From the NCBI GenBank assembly GCA_965197855.1, contig OZ240230.1:1089266-1153265 (forward strand): a stretch of 64,000 bases of DNA, in the 5' to 3' direction. Shown in pieces: positions 1-9,971 of the stretch. The notes under the pieces are model-generated. The model was not told the DNA's origin and made no database searches. It was given only the letters and a program-made list of their open reading frames with translations. A program made the position numbers and the translations under genes. The DNA is from Bdellovibrionales bacterium. Its GTDB lineage: Bacteria > Bdellovibrionota > Bdellovibrionia > Bdellovibrionales > UBA1609. The stretch's first letter is position 1. Each line of letters begins with the position of its first letter.

Positions 1-995
1 GCTAAAGGCAGGCTCCATTTTTGAAATATTTTTTGTAATTGAGGATAGTTTTCGGGAGAGCAAATCAAAAGCATTCTTTCCTGGCTTTCTGAGAGTAGAA
101 TTTCTTCCGGTTTCATACTGCAGTCTCTAAGGGGGACTTTATCAAGATGTAGATTCATTCCAATATGACCTTTGTCAGCCATTTCAAACGAAGAGCTGAT
201 CAGCCCTGCCGCTCCCATATCTTGTGCGGCTAAAACGTCTTTTTTCATAGCCTCTAAACAGGCTTCCATTAGCAATTTTCCGTAAAAAGGATCTCCAACT
301 TGTACGGTAGATTGTTTTTTTTCTTTTTGATTGGAAAAAGATTCACTGGCCATAGAGGCTCCGTGGATACCGTCTCTTCCAGTTCTAGCTCCTGCATAAA
401 CAATATAAGCTCCACTCTGGCTAGTTTGAGATCTCATAATTTGATCTTCAGGTCCATAGATTCCAAGAGCTAAAGCATTGACCAAAATGTTTTCATTGTA
501 GGATGAATGAAATGTTGTATGTCCTGTAATCGTCGGTATTCCAATAGAGTTTCCATAATTGCCAATGCCTCGAACCACTCCATCCACGAGATGTTTTGTA
601 ATGGGATAATCAGGCTGGCCAAAGCAAAGATAGTTGGCCAGAGCAATGGGGCGTGCGTTCATTGCAAATATGTCTCTGAGGATGCCTCCCACTCCTGTCA
701 TGGCTCCATGAAGGGGTTCAATACGTGAGGGGTGATTATGACTTTCCATTTTAAAAGCAACTTTTTCACCTTCTCCCAGATCAATCACACCTGCATTTTC
801 TCCGAAACTTGCCACTACTCGAGAAGACTGAATTTGAGAAAATTTTTTCAGATGAATTTTAGAACTTTTATAAGAACAGTGTTCACTCCACATGGCAGAA
901 AACAAAGCCAGCTCCACTTCATTAGGTTCTTTACCGAGAAGAGAAACTATTTGTTGATATTCCTCTTTGGGAAAACTTTCTTTGAGAGATATCAT
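1..995 (-). CDS. purL: Phosphoribosylformylglycinamidine synthase subunit PurL, N-terminal part (runs off the window at position 1)
   Basis: Absent from the ORF track because it has no stop in the window. The minus-strand ATG at 995 translates MISLKESFPKEEYQQIVSLLGKEPNEVELALFSAMWSEHCSYKSSKIHLKKF..., a PurL N-terminal signature. The frame stays open to position 3 (...KIFQKWSLPL). It lies directly downstream of purS-purQ. Confidence 0.85.
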   Translation of the reverse strand, partial: MISLKESFPKEEYQQIVSLLGKEPNEVELALFSAMWSEHCSYKSSKIHLKKFSQIQSSRVVASFGENAGVIDLGEGEKVAFKMESHNHPSRIEPLHGAMTGVGGILRDIFAMNARPIALANYLCFGQPDYPITKHLVDGVVRGIGNYGNSIGIPTITGHTTFHSSYNENILVNALALGIYGPEDQIMRSQTSQSGAYIVYAGARTGRDGIHGASMASESFSNQKEKKQSTVQVGDPFYGKLLMEACLEAMKKDVLAAQDMGAAGLISSSFEMADKGHIGMNLHLDKVPLRDCSMKPEEILLSESQERMLLICSPENYPQLQKIFQKWSLPL

Positions 996-999
996 TAAG

Positions 1000-1644
1000 C
1001 TAGCTCCAAGGTTTAAAAAAATAACAACCATCTGTAGAACCCATCCATTTTTCAATAGCCCTTTCCGGGTGGGGCATCAATCCGGCAATATTTTTTTTCT
1101 TATTTAAAATACCGGCAATATTTTGGATGGATCCATTAGGATTTTCTTTATAACTGAGCCATATTTGATTGTTTTGTTGTAGATCTTCTATTGTTTCAGA
1201 TGGAGCTATATAGCGGCCCTCACTATGGGCAATAGGGAGTCGGAAATTTTTCATATTTGAAGCAAAAAAAGGAGAAGGGTTTTGACACTCCAGTTGAACC
1301 CATTGATCTATAAATCGAAGCTTTGTATTTTGAACTAAAGACCCTGAGAGTAGTCCGGCTTCGCAGAGTATTTGAAAACCGTTGCATATACCTAGTATGG
1401 GATAGCCTTTTTGATTTGCTTGAATAAGGCTCCTGACAGCAGGGGAGCGGGCGGCTAAAGCTCCTGCTCGAAGATAGTCCCCATAGCTGAAGCCTCCAGG
1501 TAATATAAAGGCTGAAAAGTTTTTACAAGCAAAGGAATCTCTATACCAAATAAATTGAACCGACATTCCGGAATGCTTGCAAGCTTTTGCTGTATCTTGA
1601 TCACATTGTGTACCTGGGAAAACAATAATACCTATAGGTTTCAA
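1000..1644 (-). CDS. purQ: Phosphoribosylformylglycinamidine synthase, glutaminase subunit PurQ
   Basis: 214 aa. Class-I amidotransferase motifs GICNGFQ (nucleophile Cys) and MPHPER are present. Sits between purS and purL. Confidence 0.9.
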   Translation of the reverse strand: MKPIGIIVFPGTQCDQDTAKACKHSGMSVQFIWYRDSFACKNFSAFILPGGFSYGDYLRAGALAARSPAVRSLIQANQKGYPILGICNGFQILCEAGLLSGSLVQNTKLRFIDQWVQLECQNPSPFFASNMKNFRLPIAHSEGRYIAPSETIEDLQQNNQIWLSYKENPNGSIQNIAGILNKKKNIAGLMPHPERAIEKWMGSTDGCYFFKPWS

Positions 1645-1652
1645 CTTCGCAC

Positions 1653-1898
1653 CTATGAGATCACGTTTAATTCATAAGTTTCAGTCAGTGGATTGTAGAG
1701 GATGAATTCAGCTATCTTTTTAATTTTTTCTTTGGCCTTTTCCTCGTTTTCAGCATCCACTGAAAGCTGAATGCATTTGCCATAACGACAATCTTTTACC
1801 GATTGATCATTTTGATCCAAAGTTTGCATAATAGCCCGTCCTTGAACATCTAAAATTTCAGGGCGGGGGAGTACTTTGACTTCTATAAGCACATTCAT
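1653..1898 (-). CDS. purS: Phosphoribosylformylglycinamidine synthase subunit PurS
   Basis: The track ORF is 1653..1964. The PurS-like core starts at an internal Met (MNVLIEVKVLPRPEILDVQGRAI...) at 1898, with GAGGA a few nt upstream. This gives 81 aa, a typical PurS size, immediately upstream of purQ. Confidence 0.75.
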   Translation of the reverse strand: MNVLIEVKVLPRPEILDVQGRAIMQTLDQNDQSVKDCRYGKCIQLSVDAENEEKAKEKIKKIAEFILYNPLTETYELNVIS

Positions 1899-1978
1899 GT
1901 TATCCTCTGTGATACGAAGATTTATCATACATTGAATTGTGTTGATCTTATTTTTGCTTTGCATTACATATAAAAGTC

Positions 1979-3274
1979 ATGATTAAAAGATATACGAGAA
2001 AAGAAATGGGCCATGTATGGTCCAATGAAAATCGTTTTGCACAAATGTTAAACGTAGAAAAAGCAATGGCTTTTGTCCAAGGCTCTAAAAAAATTATTCC
2101 ACTAAAGGCGGCTCAAGCAATCCAGTCCAAGGCGCGCTTTTCCCTTCAATCCATTCAGAAATTAGAGGAAAAAACCCGCCATGATGTGTCGGCTTTTGTT
2201 CAAAATGTCTCTTCTTTTGTAGGAAAACCTTGGGGAGCTTATGTTCATTATGGTCTGACTTCTTCGGACGTGTTGGATACTGCTCTGAGCTTACAAATAA
2301 AAGAAGGAGCTTTGCTGATTCAAAAAGAACTAACACAATTAAAAAAAGTTTTAAAATCTGTAATTAATAAACATAAAAGTACTTTATGTGCCGGTAGAAC
2401 TCATGGAATGCATGCAGAGCCAACGACTTTTGCTTTTAAACTATTGGGTTTTTTATCTGAATTAGTGCGTGCGGAAAATTCTTTTAAACAAGCTGTTTCA
2501 GATGGGGCTTTAGGTATGATGAGTGGTCCGGTGGGGAATTATTCAAGCTCTTCTTCTGAGTTGGAGAAAGCAGTTTGTCGTCGATTGGGTCTTACTCCTG
2601 AAGTAGTGTCCACTCAAGTCTTGCCTAGAGATCGTCATGCTCGAATTATTTTTTCTATTTCTTTAATTTTAACAAACTTAGAGCGCTTGGCAGTGGAATT
2701 AAGACATTTGCAAAGGACGGAAGTATCAGAGGTCTTTGAAGGTTTTTCTAAAAATCAACAAGGCTCCAGCTCTATGCCGCATAAAAAAAATCCTATTTCT
2801 TCAGAAAATATTACAGGTCTTTCACGGTTGCTCAGATCTTATTTACAGGCTTCTTTGGAGAATATTACTTTATGGCATGAGAGAGATATCAGCCATTCTT
2901 CTGTGGAACGTGTGATCTTTCCAGATTCTTTTATTTTATGTGATTATGCATTGTTTCGAATGATTCATCTTTTGAAGAATTTAAAAGTCGATGCGAAACG
3001 TATGAAAGAAAATTTATTATCTTCAAGCGGTGAGGTCTTTTCTTCTCATATTTTACTGACTCTCATTCAAAAGGGAGTGGATCGTCAGAAAGCTTATTCT
3101 TGGATACAAGAGGCTGCTCATGGGAGTGGTTCTTTTGAGGAAGGTTTGAAAAAAACTCCAGCGAGAAAACATATTAATTCTAAATTGTTGAAAGAGATTT
3201 TTTCCGGTCAAACAGTGTTGGGCAAATTAGAAAAAACTTTTCAACAAAAGAAAATAAAAGAGCTGTGCAAGTGA
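1979..3274 (+). CDS. purB: Adenylosuccinate lyase
   Basis: 431 aa. Carries the fumarate-lyase family signature GSSSMPHKKNP and the N-terminus MIKRYTRKEMGHVWSNENRF typical of PurB. Divergent from purS. Confidence 0.9.
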   Translation: MIKRYTRKEMGHVWSNENRFAQMLNVEKAMAFVQGSKKIIPLKAAQAIQSKARFSLQSIQKLEEKTRHDVSAFVQNVSSFVGKPWGAYVHYGLTSSDVLDTALSLQIKEGALLIQKELTQLKKVLKSVINKHKSTLCAGRTHGMHAEPTTFAFKLLGFLSELVRAENSFKQAVSDGALGMMSGPVGNYSSSSSELEKAVCRRLGLTPEVVSTQVLPRDRHARIIFSISLILTNLERLAVELRHLQRTEVSEVFEGFSKNQQGSSSMPHKKNPISSENITGLSRLLRSYLQASLENITLWHERDISHSSVERVIFPDSFILCDYALFRMIHLLKNLKVDAKRMKENLLSSSGEVFSSHILLTLIQKGVDRQKAYSWIQEAAHGSGSFEEGLKKTPARKHINSKLLKEIFSGQTVLGKLEKTFQQKKIKELCK

Positions 3275-3276
3275 GA

Positions 3277-4509
3277 ATGATACTTCTTTATTTTTGTTTT
3301 ATAAGTATGGCTTGTACGTCCCTTCCTTCTGTTGAAAATAAAACAGGAAATGTTATTTTTATTCATCCGGATGGAATGTCTCTCACTCATTGGGATGCTA
3401 TTCGTTTGATTCACTCAGGCTATGAAGGGAATTTGAACTTTGATCGATTTTCACATACAGCTGTTTATCGGGGGACTATTCGAAAACAAGTGACAGCGAC
3501 TTCCAATGCGGGGGCCACTATTCATGCCTTTGGAATTAAAACAGGTGCGGATAGTTTTGGAATGGATGAGGGAAAAACTATTTTATCCAAGTCAGGGGAT
3601 CCTTATTCTATTTTAGTTTCTGCTCAGAAAGAAGGGATTAAGACAGCTCTTTGTCAGTCAGGAGTTTTGGTGGAGCCGGGGACAGCCGCTTTTGTCGCGC
3701 AGGTAAAAAGTCGTAAATATAAAGATGAAATTGCCAGGCAAATTATTGAGTCAGGAGTAGATTTAATTTTTGGAGGAGGAGAAAAGTATTTATTGCCGGA
3801 AGGTGTTCAAGGGCATTTTGGTATAGGGGAAAGAAAAGATCAGATTAATTTAATCGAAAAAGCCAAAAGCTTGGGGTATACAGTTATCTACGATTTAAAA
3901 AACTTTGAAAAACTAAGTTCCAGTTCTAAAATTCTTGGAGTGTTTGCTCACGATGATACTTACAATGATGAAGATCCTGTAGAAGTTATAAAAAAGAAGG
4001 GTTTGTATCAAAAGTCTGCTCCAACTATTGCTCAGATGACTCGATCAGCTTTGGATTTTTTAAAACAGAAAAATCAACAATTTTTACTTATTGTGGAGGA
4101 AGAAGGTACAGATAATTTTTCCAATAGAAAAAATATTGAAGGGTTTTTAATCGCTGGAAAAAGAGCGGATGAGGCACTTGGAGTTGCTTTTGATTTTCTT
4201 AAGAAGAGTCCTGATACTTTATTATTGACTACTTCGGACAGCAATGCGGGTGGCCTGGTTATATCGGAAGTTTTAAGTGAAAAAGATTCTGTTTTTCAAA
4301 CTTATCCCAACACAGTTAAAGATTCCAAAGAGCTTTCTTTTTCAATGAAGTGGGGCTCAGGAGGCTTTGATTCTCATGGAGGTATTGTGGTGAAGGCTCA
4401 GGGACTCAATGCTCATCATGTAACAGGTTTGTTGGACAATACAAAAATTTACGATTTAATGTATCTGACTTTATTTGGACGTCCGGTTGGTTCGTCTCAA
4501 GAATTATGA
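3277..4509 (+). CDS. Alkaline phosphatase family protein (secreted, possible lipoprotein)
   Basis: The track frame starts at GTG 3265, overlapping the purB stop. ATG 3277 gives a signal peptide (MILLYFCFISMAC...). Motifs IHPDGMS and TATSNAGAT resemble alkaline-phosphatase metal-site and nucleophile regions. Confidence 0.65.
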   Translation: MILLYFCFISMACTSLPSVENKTGNVIFIHPDGMSLTHWDAIRLIHSGYEGNLNFDRFSHTAVYRGTIRKQVTATSNAGATIHAFGIKTGADSFGMDEGKTILSKSGDPYSILVSAQKEGIKTALCQSGVLVEPGTAAFVAQVKSRKYKDEIARQIIESGVDLIFGGGEKYLLPEGVQGHFGIGERKDQINLIEKAKSLGYTVIYDLKNFEKLSSSSKILGVFAHDDTYNDEDPVEVIKKKGLYQKSAPTIAQMTRSALDFLKQKNQQFLLIVEEEGTDNFSNRKNIEGFLIAGKRADEALGVAFDFLKKSPDTLLLTTSDSNAGGLVISEVLSEKDSVFQTYPNTVKDSKELSFSMKWGSGGFDSHGGIVVKAQGLNAHHVTGLLDNTKIYDLMYLTLFGRPVGSSQEL

Positions 4510-5762
4510 AAATATTTCTATCTTTTTTTTTCAAATATATTTTATCACCTAGAGTAAGTTCACTTATTCGTCCTGTTTCTATTGTTTGTATTTTTGGTTT
4601 AATAGTCAGTATTGCCAGTTTAGTTGTAGTCATTAGTGTGATGTCTGGTTTTGGATCTTCTTTAAAAGATCGTTTGTTAAGTCATGAACCTCATTTGGTT
4701 GTTTATAAGGATTCTTCACAAAACATGAATTTGTTGGATCAGGTGCAAAAAATTCTAGCTCAAAGTCGTTTGGATAACGATATTCAATCGATTCGTTCTT
4801 TTGAAACACAGGATATAATTTTAAAAAATTCTGAAGGACATTTTGCGGGAGCTATTGCACGCGGTTATGGTTCAAAGGATCTTAGAGCTCTCACTCAAGG
4901 TAGTGATGAAAAATATTTCGAGGATGTGAATTCTAAGGTGGAATGGGATTCTTCAAATATTATAAGTATAAAAAAGGATAAAGTACGTATTCATATTGGA
5001 GTGGAGCTGGCGGATCAGTTATCTGCTTACGAAGGAGATTTTGTATTTATCATGCCTGCAGAAAGTTTACTCACTCCTCCCACAGACATGGCACCCCCGG
5101 AAGAGGTTCAGATTGACTCTCTTATTTTTTCTGTACATTCGTATATCAATAATAAGAAAATTCTTTATGAAAAGGGTTCTATAGTTTCTCTTCAAGAAAC
5201 AGCTTCTTTGTCTCAGGGTGTGGAGATTTTTTTAAAGGATCCTGCAAAGTATAAACCTTATAAAGAGATATTAAAAACAAAAGGCTTTGATGTGCAGTCC
5301 TGGAGTGATCAAAATTCTTCTTTGTTTTTTGCTTTAAAAATTGAAAAAATTATTATGACAGTGTTTTTGGCTTTGGCGGCTTTGATTGCCGGTTTTTCTA
5401 TTGCTTCGATGATTCAACTTTTAATGACTCAGCAAAGGCAGGACATCGGGATTCTTATGGTGATGGGATATCCTGTGAGGCAGGTTCGAAAGCTTTTTGT
5501 TCATTTGGCTTTTATGATGTCGTTTTTAGGTGTGTCTAGTGGAGTGCTTTTAGGGTATTTGATTTGTATTTTTTTAAAATTTGTTCCTATAGATCTGTTA
5601 CCTTCTATTTATGTGGATCGAAAAATTCCTGTGATTATGCAAACAGAAGTTTTTGTGGGAGTATTTATTTTAGCTGGTTTGCTGGCTTATATAATATCTT
5701 TAGTATCTGTTCGTTTTTATACTTTGTCCTCTATTGTGAATTTACTACTAAAGAAGGCTTAA
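4506..5762 (+). CDS. LolC/LolE-family lipoprotein-releasing system permease (FtsX-type)
   Basis: 418 aa. It has an N-terminal TM segment, a large periplasmic domain and three C-terminal TM segments. The N-terminus (...VSIASLVVVISVMSGFGSSLKDRLLSHEPHLVV) is typical of LolC/E. ATGA overlap with the upstream gene. Confidence 0.7.
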   Translation: MKIFLSFFFKYILSPRVSSLIRPVSIVCIFGLIVSIASLVVVISVMSGFGSSLKDRLLSHEPHLVVYKDSSQNMNLLDQVQKILAQSRLDNDIQSIRSFETQDIILKNSEGHFAGAIARGYGSKDLRALTQGSDEKYFEDVNSKVEWDSSNIISIKKDKVRIHIGVELADQLSAYEGDFVFIMPAESLLTPPTDMAPPEEVQIDSLIFSVHSYINNKKILYEKGSIVSLQETASLSQGVEIFLKDPAKYKPYKEILKTKGFDVQSWSDQNSSLFFALKIEKIIMTVFLALAALIAGFSIASMIQLLMTQQRQDIGILMVMGYPVRQVRKLFVHLAFMMSFLGVSSGVLLGYLICIFLKFVPIDLLPSIYVDRKIPVIMQTEVFVGVFILAGLLAYIISLVSVRFYTLSSIVNLLLKKA

Positions 5763-5788
5763 TAACTTGATAAACAGTATGCACTTTT

Positions 5789-5813
5789 CGTCACCCCTGC
5801 GAAGGCAGGAATG
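5789..5813 (+). repeat. Single-hairpin member of the GATGAC-hairpin repeat family
   Basis: CGTCACCCCTGCGAAGGCAGGAATG. The stem CCTGC/GCAGG with the flanking GGAAT matches hairpin A of the copies at 21.6 kb and 15.1 kb. Confidence 0.6.
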
Positions 5814-5946
5814 TTCCCGTCTCTTTCCTGTCCACAAGCCTATCTATGTGGGAGTTGGAGAGCAGAATGCGTAAATTCTATCTGCAAAACTGTTGGTAAT
5901 ACCGTGTCTTTTAGAGATTAAAGATGTACCCCTGCTGTCAAAATAC

Positions 5947-5980
5947 GTCATCCCTGCGGAGGAGGGACTTGGTCACTACA
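5947..5980 (+). repeat. Left direct repeat of the Lol-like cassette (GTCATCC hairpin plus AGGGACTTGGTCACTACA)
   Basis: CGTCATCCCTGCGGAGGAGGGACTTGGTCACTACA. The 18-mer at 5963..5980 is identical to 11113..11130. Confidence 0.7.
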
Positions 5981-6015
5981 CTGTAATGGTTAGAGATTTT
6001 AATTCACTACTGTAG

Positions 6016-6762
6016 TTATCGTCTCAAAGCGGCTTTAGTAAATTTTTGTTTGGGAATTTTTGTTGTAATATCAATATCTTCAACATGATATTCTGTTCCG
6101 TTTCCTTTGGAAAGGATATCCTTAAAATGAACTTGTTTTGGATACCATCTATTTTCCACTTGCATGACTTCTTTGATCATCGTTCTCTTTACAGTTTTTC
6201 CGCTTTTTGCCATTAAATCAGCTTTAAGAACGACCCAACGTATAGAGTCCACCCATATTTTTTGTCTCGCGTAGGGAACGTCTTTTCTTTTTGCTGTCAA
6301 TTCTAATACAAAACAGGAACGGCCTTCTATGGTTTTACGCCCTATGACTTGAGCTTTGTAGTCTTCTATCATGGAGCTGTTGCCCATATAATCTTCATAA
6401 GATAAATCTGAACCAAAAACAGATTGTTTCAGAAGATGACCGGAAATAGTAATAATTCTATCATGAGGTTCTGGAGAATAAGTCCAAAGTTTGTTGGATA
6501 ATTTTAACATTTTTTTACCTTTTTCTCGTGCGGGACTAAGGTACTCAGAGAAAGCTTCATCTTTTCCGTTGACCCAGGATTTCAGTGTCATGGTTCGTGT
6601 GCCTGAGCGGCCGTGAATCACTATTTTAATAGTCATAATGGCGTGGTCTAATAGCTGATTTTCATCTACCTTTTTTAAAATGTCTTTTCCAGATGGCAAT
6701 GAATTTGAATAAGCTGTGGTCCATATACATAGTATGGATAAAATAATAACAACTTGTTTCAA
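6016..6762 (-). CDS. LolA_like outer-membrane lipoprotein-sorting family protein (periplasmic)
   Basis: 248 aa with a signal peptide (MKQVVIILSILCIWTTAYS). The motif LWTYSPEPHDRIITISGHLLKQSVFGSDLSYEDY matches my recollection of the LolA_like family core (mW.Y.P...rv.rIs....qsfmGSDFsYeD). Last gene of the ABC cassette. Confidence 0.6.
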   Translation of the reverse strand: MKQVVIILSILCIWTTAYSNSLPSGKDILKKVDENQLLDHAIMTIKIVIHGRSGTRTMTLKSWVNGKDEAFSEYLSPAREKGKKMLKLSNKLWTYSPEPHDRIITISGHLLKQSVFGSDLSYEDYMGNSSMIEDYKAQVIGRKTIEGRSCFVLELTAKRKDVPYARQKIWVDSIRWVVLKADLMAKSGKTVKRTMIKEVMQVENRWYPKQVHFKDILSKGNGTEYHVEDIDITTKIPKQKFTKAALRR

Positions 6763-6784
6763 ATTAAACCTCCTTTAATTTTTA

Positions 6785-8059
6785 TTACACTTCTAACTCT
6801 TTAAATAACGAAGCTGTATTTCTTCTATAGATTCCCATGCCAGCCATTGCGGTTCCAATAATACAAGAAAGGACGCCAGGAATCAGTCCAATAAAAAAAC
6901 CTTCGATGGTGACTCGTGCTCTCATAACAGGAGACATCAACACAGTGGATTTTTGCATCGTTTCTGATACGTCAAATCCAACAACCTGAAGGTAATAGCA
7001 AAAGGCCATTCCCAAGGAGGCTCCCAGTGTAGCTCCAATGAGACCAATAAGTGCAGATTCATAAAGCATATAGTGCAGGAGTTCTTTTTTGGATTCTCCC
7101 ATGGCCAGTCTCACCCCCATTTCACCGTATCTTCTTAATCCGGACATCAAGCTTGAATTCCAAACTATAATGCTCATTAATAAAAGTAAAACACCGATTA
7201 TGATAACCATTGAAGTGCTCATCATTTTAAAATATTCTCCCAATCCTTCTGCCTCTTCAATGGAGGAAATGGTTAACTCATTACCATTTAATTTCTTGTC
7301 CATAGATAAAGAAGAAAATTCCTGTTTGAGCTGTTCAGCCATTTTTTTTGAATAATATCCCTGTTTGAAAAAGCCTAAAATTTCTGCCACAGAATTTTCC
7401 ATATCCAAAGCATATTGAATATCAGTAATATCAGCCAACATCATGTTTCTATCAAGCATAGGGATACCAATATTAATAAAGCCAACAACTTTAAAATTGT
7501 AAATAGCCATACTTCCTGTGGCAGTGGAGCCAATCAAGGTGGCTGTATCTCCAAGTTTAATATCTAAGTTTTCACCAAGTTTTTTGGAGACAAGGACTTC
7601 TCCTTGTTGGGAGGGCAATTGACCTTCAATAATAGCCGCTTTTATGTCAAGTCTTTCTACTTCAGTGGAATTTGAGGAAATCAAATCAATCCCTATTCCT
7701 CTGACGGGTCCCTGTGACCTGGTTTCACCGAATTGGTTTGGAATATCCAAAAGTCCTCCAAATTTTATTCGGGAAACCCAATCAACATGATCAAGAGTCT
7801 TTAATTTTTTTAAAACTTGATCCGCATGAACGATAGCAAGGTCATTAGGCATTTGATGAGCGATCTTTGCATATTCCTTTGTCATCACTTTCATATGGCC
7901 ATGCTCAAGTTTTGCACTTGTGGATAACATATCATCCTTTACACCTTTCATATATCCGTCAAAAGCTGTCATTAACATAACACCTGTTCCAATGGTGATG
8001 ATCGGAAGTAAACTTCTATGGTGATCTCTTAAGAGTCCTTTTAAAATAAAACCAAGCAT
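6785..8059 (-). CDS. ABC transporter permease, FtsX/MacB-type (large periplasmic domain)
   Basis: 424 aa. Topology is TM1, then a periplasmic domain of about 250 aa, then three TM segments. The N-terminus LKGLLRDHHRSLLPIITIGTGVMLM is typical of LolC/E and MacB permeases. Confidence 0.7.
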   Translation of the reverse strand: MLGFILKGLLRDHHRSLLPIITIGTGVMLMTAFDGYMKGVKDDMLSTSAKLEHGHMKVMTKEYAKIAHQMPNDLAIVHADQVLKKLKTLDHVDWVSRIKFGGLLDIPNQFGETRSQGPVRGIGIDLISSNSTEVERLDIKAAIIEGQLPSQQGEVLVSKKLGENLDIKLGDTATLIGSTATGSMAIYNFKVVGFINIGIPMLDRNMMLADITDIQYALDMENSVAEILGFFKQGYYSKKMAEQLKQEFSSLSMDKKLNGNELTISSIEEAEGLGEYFKMMSTSMVIIIGVLLLLMSIIVWNSSLMSGLRRYGEMGVRLAMGESKKELLHYMLYESALIGLIGATLGASLGMAFCYYLQVVGFDVSETMQKSTVLMSPVMRARVTIEGFFIGLIPGVLSCIIGTAMAGMGIYRRNTASLFKELEV

Positions 8060-9234
8060 TAAGCTTTCCCTCTCAGGGCATCTGTGGTTTTCATATGTGA
8101 AATTTTGTTTGATGGTAAAAAACTTACAATCACAACACTTAAAAGCAGTATTAATAAAGTAATGATCAGAACACCAGGGGCATAAGAAGCATAGAGGCGT
8201 GATCCTATGGCAAACCCATAACTATCTGTCAGTTTCAGAATAGGGAGACCTATCACAGCTGTGTAAACTATTAATGGAATTCCCCAAACGGCGCCAAGTA
8301 GCATAGCCAAAATCCCATTCAGACTGCCTTCGATGGTAAATAACCATACCACTTGCAATCTGTTCATTCCGAGCGCCATGAGTGTGCCGATTTCTTTTCT
8401 TCTTCTAAAAATAGCTAACACTTGAGTATCAAAAATAGCTAACAGCCCCATTCCCATTAAAAATGCATATAAAATATAACGAGGAGTTTTTTTTGTTTCA
8501 AACAATGCTTGTATATCTTTTAAAAGGAATTTTTGGCTTTTAAGTTGAAAGGATGGATCATTGACGAATGATTCTGTGTCTTTTTTAGCTATGAAAAGAG
8601 TGGCTGAATTTGGCAAGTTTGTCATTTTTCTGAGAGATTCCAGAGACAGCCAAACTTGTCCTGTATCCAATCCCGGTACAGGCATATTCATAATATGTGC
8701 AATTGTAATATCTATGGCATCAAAAATACCATGAGTATCTCTCCATCTTAAGGTGACTGTATCTCCCATCTTGAGATTTGTGTGTTTAGCCATTCTTGTT
8801 CCTATTAAGGCTGGTATTTGATCATCATTTTCATTTTTTAAAACATGTGAGGGTATTGAAATAATTTGTTGGGTGGGATTGATGCCTCTGAGCAAAACGG
8901 ATTGTCCGCGCCCATCAGGGTAGAGAGAACCCACAGCTAATAAAATAGGAGTCACATGACCTGTTTCAACTAAATTCTGTAAGGCTGTATCTGGCTGGCT
9001 GTGAGCGTCCTGTATAGTGAGTGGATCAAGAGGGTCATATTCTTTATGCCAGTACTGCCCGCCTGCATATTCATTGTCAATTTGAGCGGATTCCATTTGT
9101 TGGATGAGTCCATTCATGAGTCCCTGCATCCATATAACAAAAACAAAACCAACAGAGAGTGTAAGTACATTAAGCCATGTGCGCAGACCTGTGGATCGAA
9201 TGTTTTTTATTGCCAGGTTAAATAATATATTCAC
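8059..9234 (-). CDS. ABC transporter permease, FtsX/MacB-type (second paralogue)
   Basis: 391 aa. N-terminus LAIKNIRSTGLRTWLNVLTLSVGFVFVI, with the same topology as its neighbour. Abuts the downstream permease; its stop codon shares 1 nt (8059) with that gene's ATG. Confidence 0.7.
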   Translation of the reverse strand: MNILFNLAIKNIRSTGLRTWLNVLTLSVGFVFVIWMQGLMNGLIQQMESAQIDNEYAGGQYWHKEYDPLDPLTIQDAHSQPDTALQNLVETGHVTPILLAVGSLYPDGRGQSVLLRGINPTQQIISIPSHVLKNENDDQIPALIGTRMAKHTNLKMGDTVTLRWRDTHGIFDAIDITIAHIMNMPVPGLDTGQVWLSLESLRKMTNLPNSATLFIAKKDTESFVNDPSFQLKSQKFLLKDIQALFETKKTPRYILYAFLMGMGLLAIFDTQVLAIFRRRKEIGTLMALGMNRLQVVWLFTIEGSLNGILAMLLGAVWGIPLIVYTAVIGLPILKLTDSYGFAIGSRLYASYAPGVLIITLLILLLSVVIVSFLPSNKISHMKTTDALRGKA

Positions 9235-9239
9235 TTAAT

Positions 9240-9953
9240 TTACTCTCCATTTCTTGTGGGTTTCAGTGTTTCGTCTCTTGAGATAGTGCCGTCAATGAGA
9301 GTCACCTTTCTTCTTAAATAGTCGATGACTTTTTGATCGTGAGTAGAAAATAAAAATGTAACACCCAGGGTTTTATTTAGTTCGACCATTGTATTTAGAA
9401 TGTTATGTGAGTTTTTAGCATCTAAGTTGGCTGTCGGCTCATCTGCAATAACAATCTGTGGTTTTTTAACAATAGCTCTAGCTACAGCCACTCTTTGACT
9501 CTCTCCTCCGGAAAGTTGAGAGAAACGAGAATTAGCTTTATCTGATAACCCGACCCACTTAAGGGCTTCATCCACAGCTTGTTTTCTATATGCTGGCGGT
9601 TTTTTCAAAATCAATAATGGAAATTCAACATTTTCAAAGACAGTGTAAACTGGAAGAAGATTATAGCTTTGGAAAATAAAACCTATTGTTGTTTTTCGAA
9701 GGTTTGCCGCTTCGAAATGACTAAGGTTTGCAGTATTATTATTTAACACTTTGATACTTCCCTCTGTTGGCACATCTAAAGCTCCAACAAGATTAAGTAG
9801 AGTTGTTTTTCCGGATCCGCTGGGGCCCACCAAGCCCATGAAATCTTGTGTTCGAATTTTCAAATTGATATCTTTTAAAGCAGTAAAATCGCTACCTCCA
9901 GTAAGAAATTTTTTTGTCACTCCTTTTATTTCTATAATGATTTCTTTATCCAT
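9240..9953 (-). CDS. ABC transporter ATP-binding protein (LolD/MacB-type)
   Basis: 237 aa. Walker A GPSGSGKTT, signature LSGGESQRVAVARA and Walker B IVIADEPT are all present. Confidence 0.85.
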   Translation of the reverse strand: MDKEIIIEIKGVTKKFLTGGSDFTALKDINLKIRTQDFMGLVGPSGSGKTTLLNLVGALDVPTEGSIKVLNNNTANLSHFEAANLRKTTIGFIFQSYNLLPVYTVFENVEFPLLILKKPPAYRKQAVDEALKWVGLSDKANSRFSQLSGGESQRVAVARAIVKKPQIVIADEPTANLDAKNSHNILNTMVELNKTLGVTFLFSTHDQKVIDYLRRKVTLIDGTISRDETLKPTRNGE

Positions 9954-9971
9954 AAATTCTTACCTGCCCTT

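Noticed and set aside
507-998. Two plus-strand ORFs (507..728 and 732..998).
   Set aside because: They are antisense to purL, whose minus-strand frame is open across the whole interval and carries clear PurL motifs.
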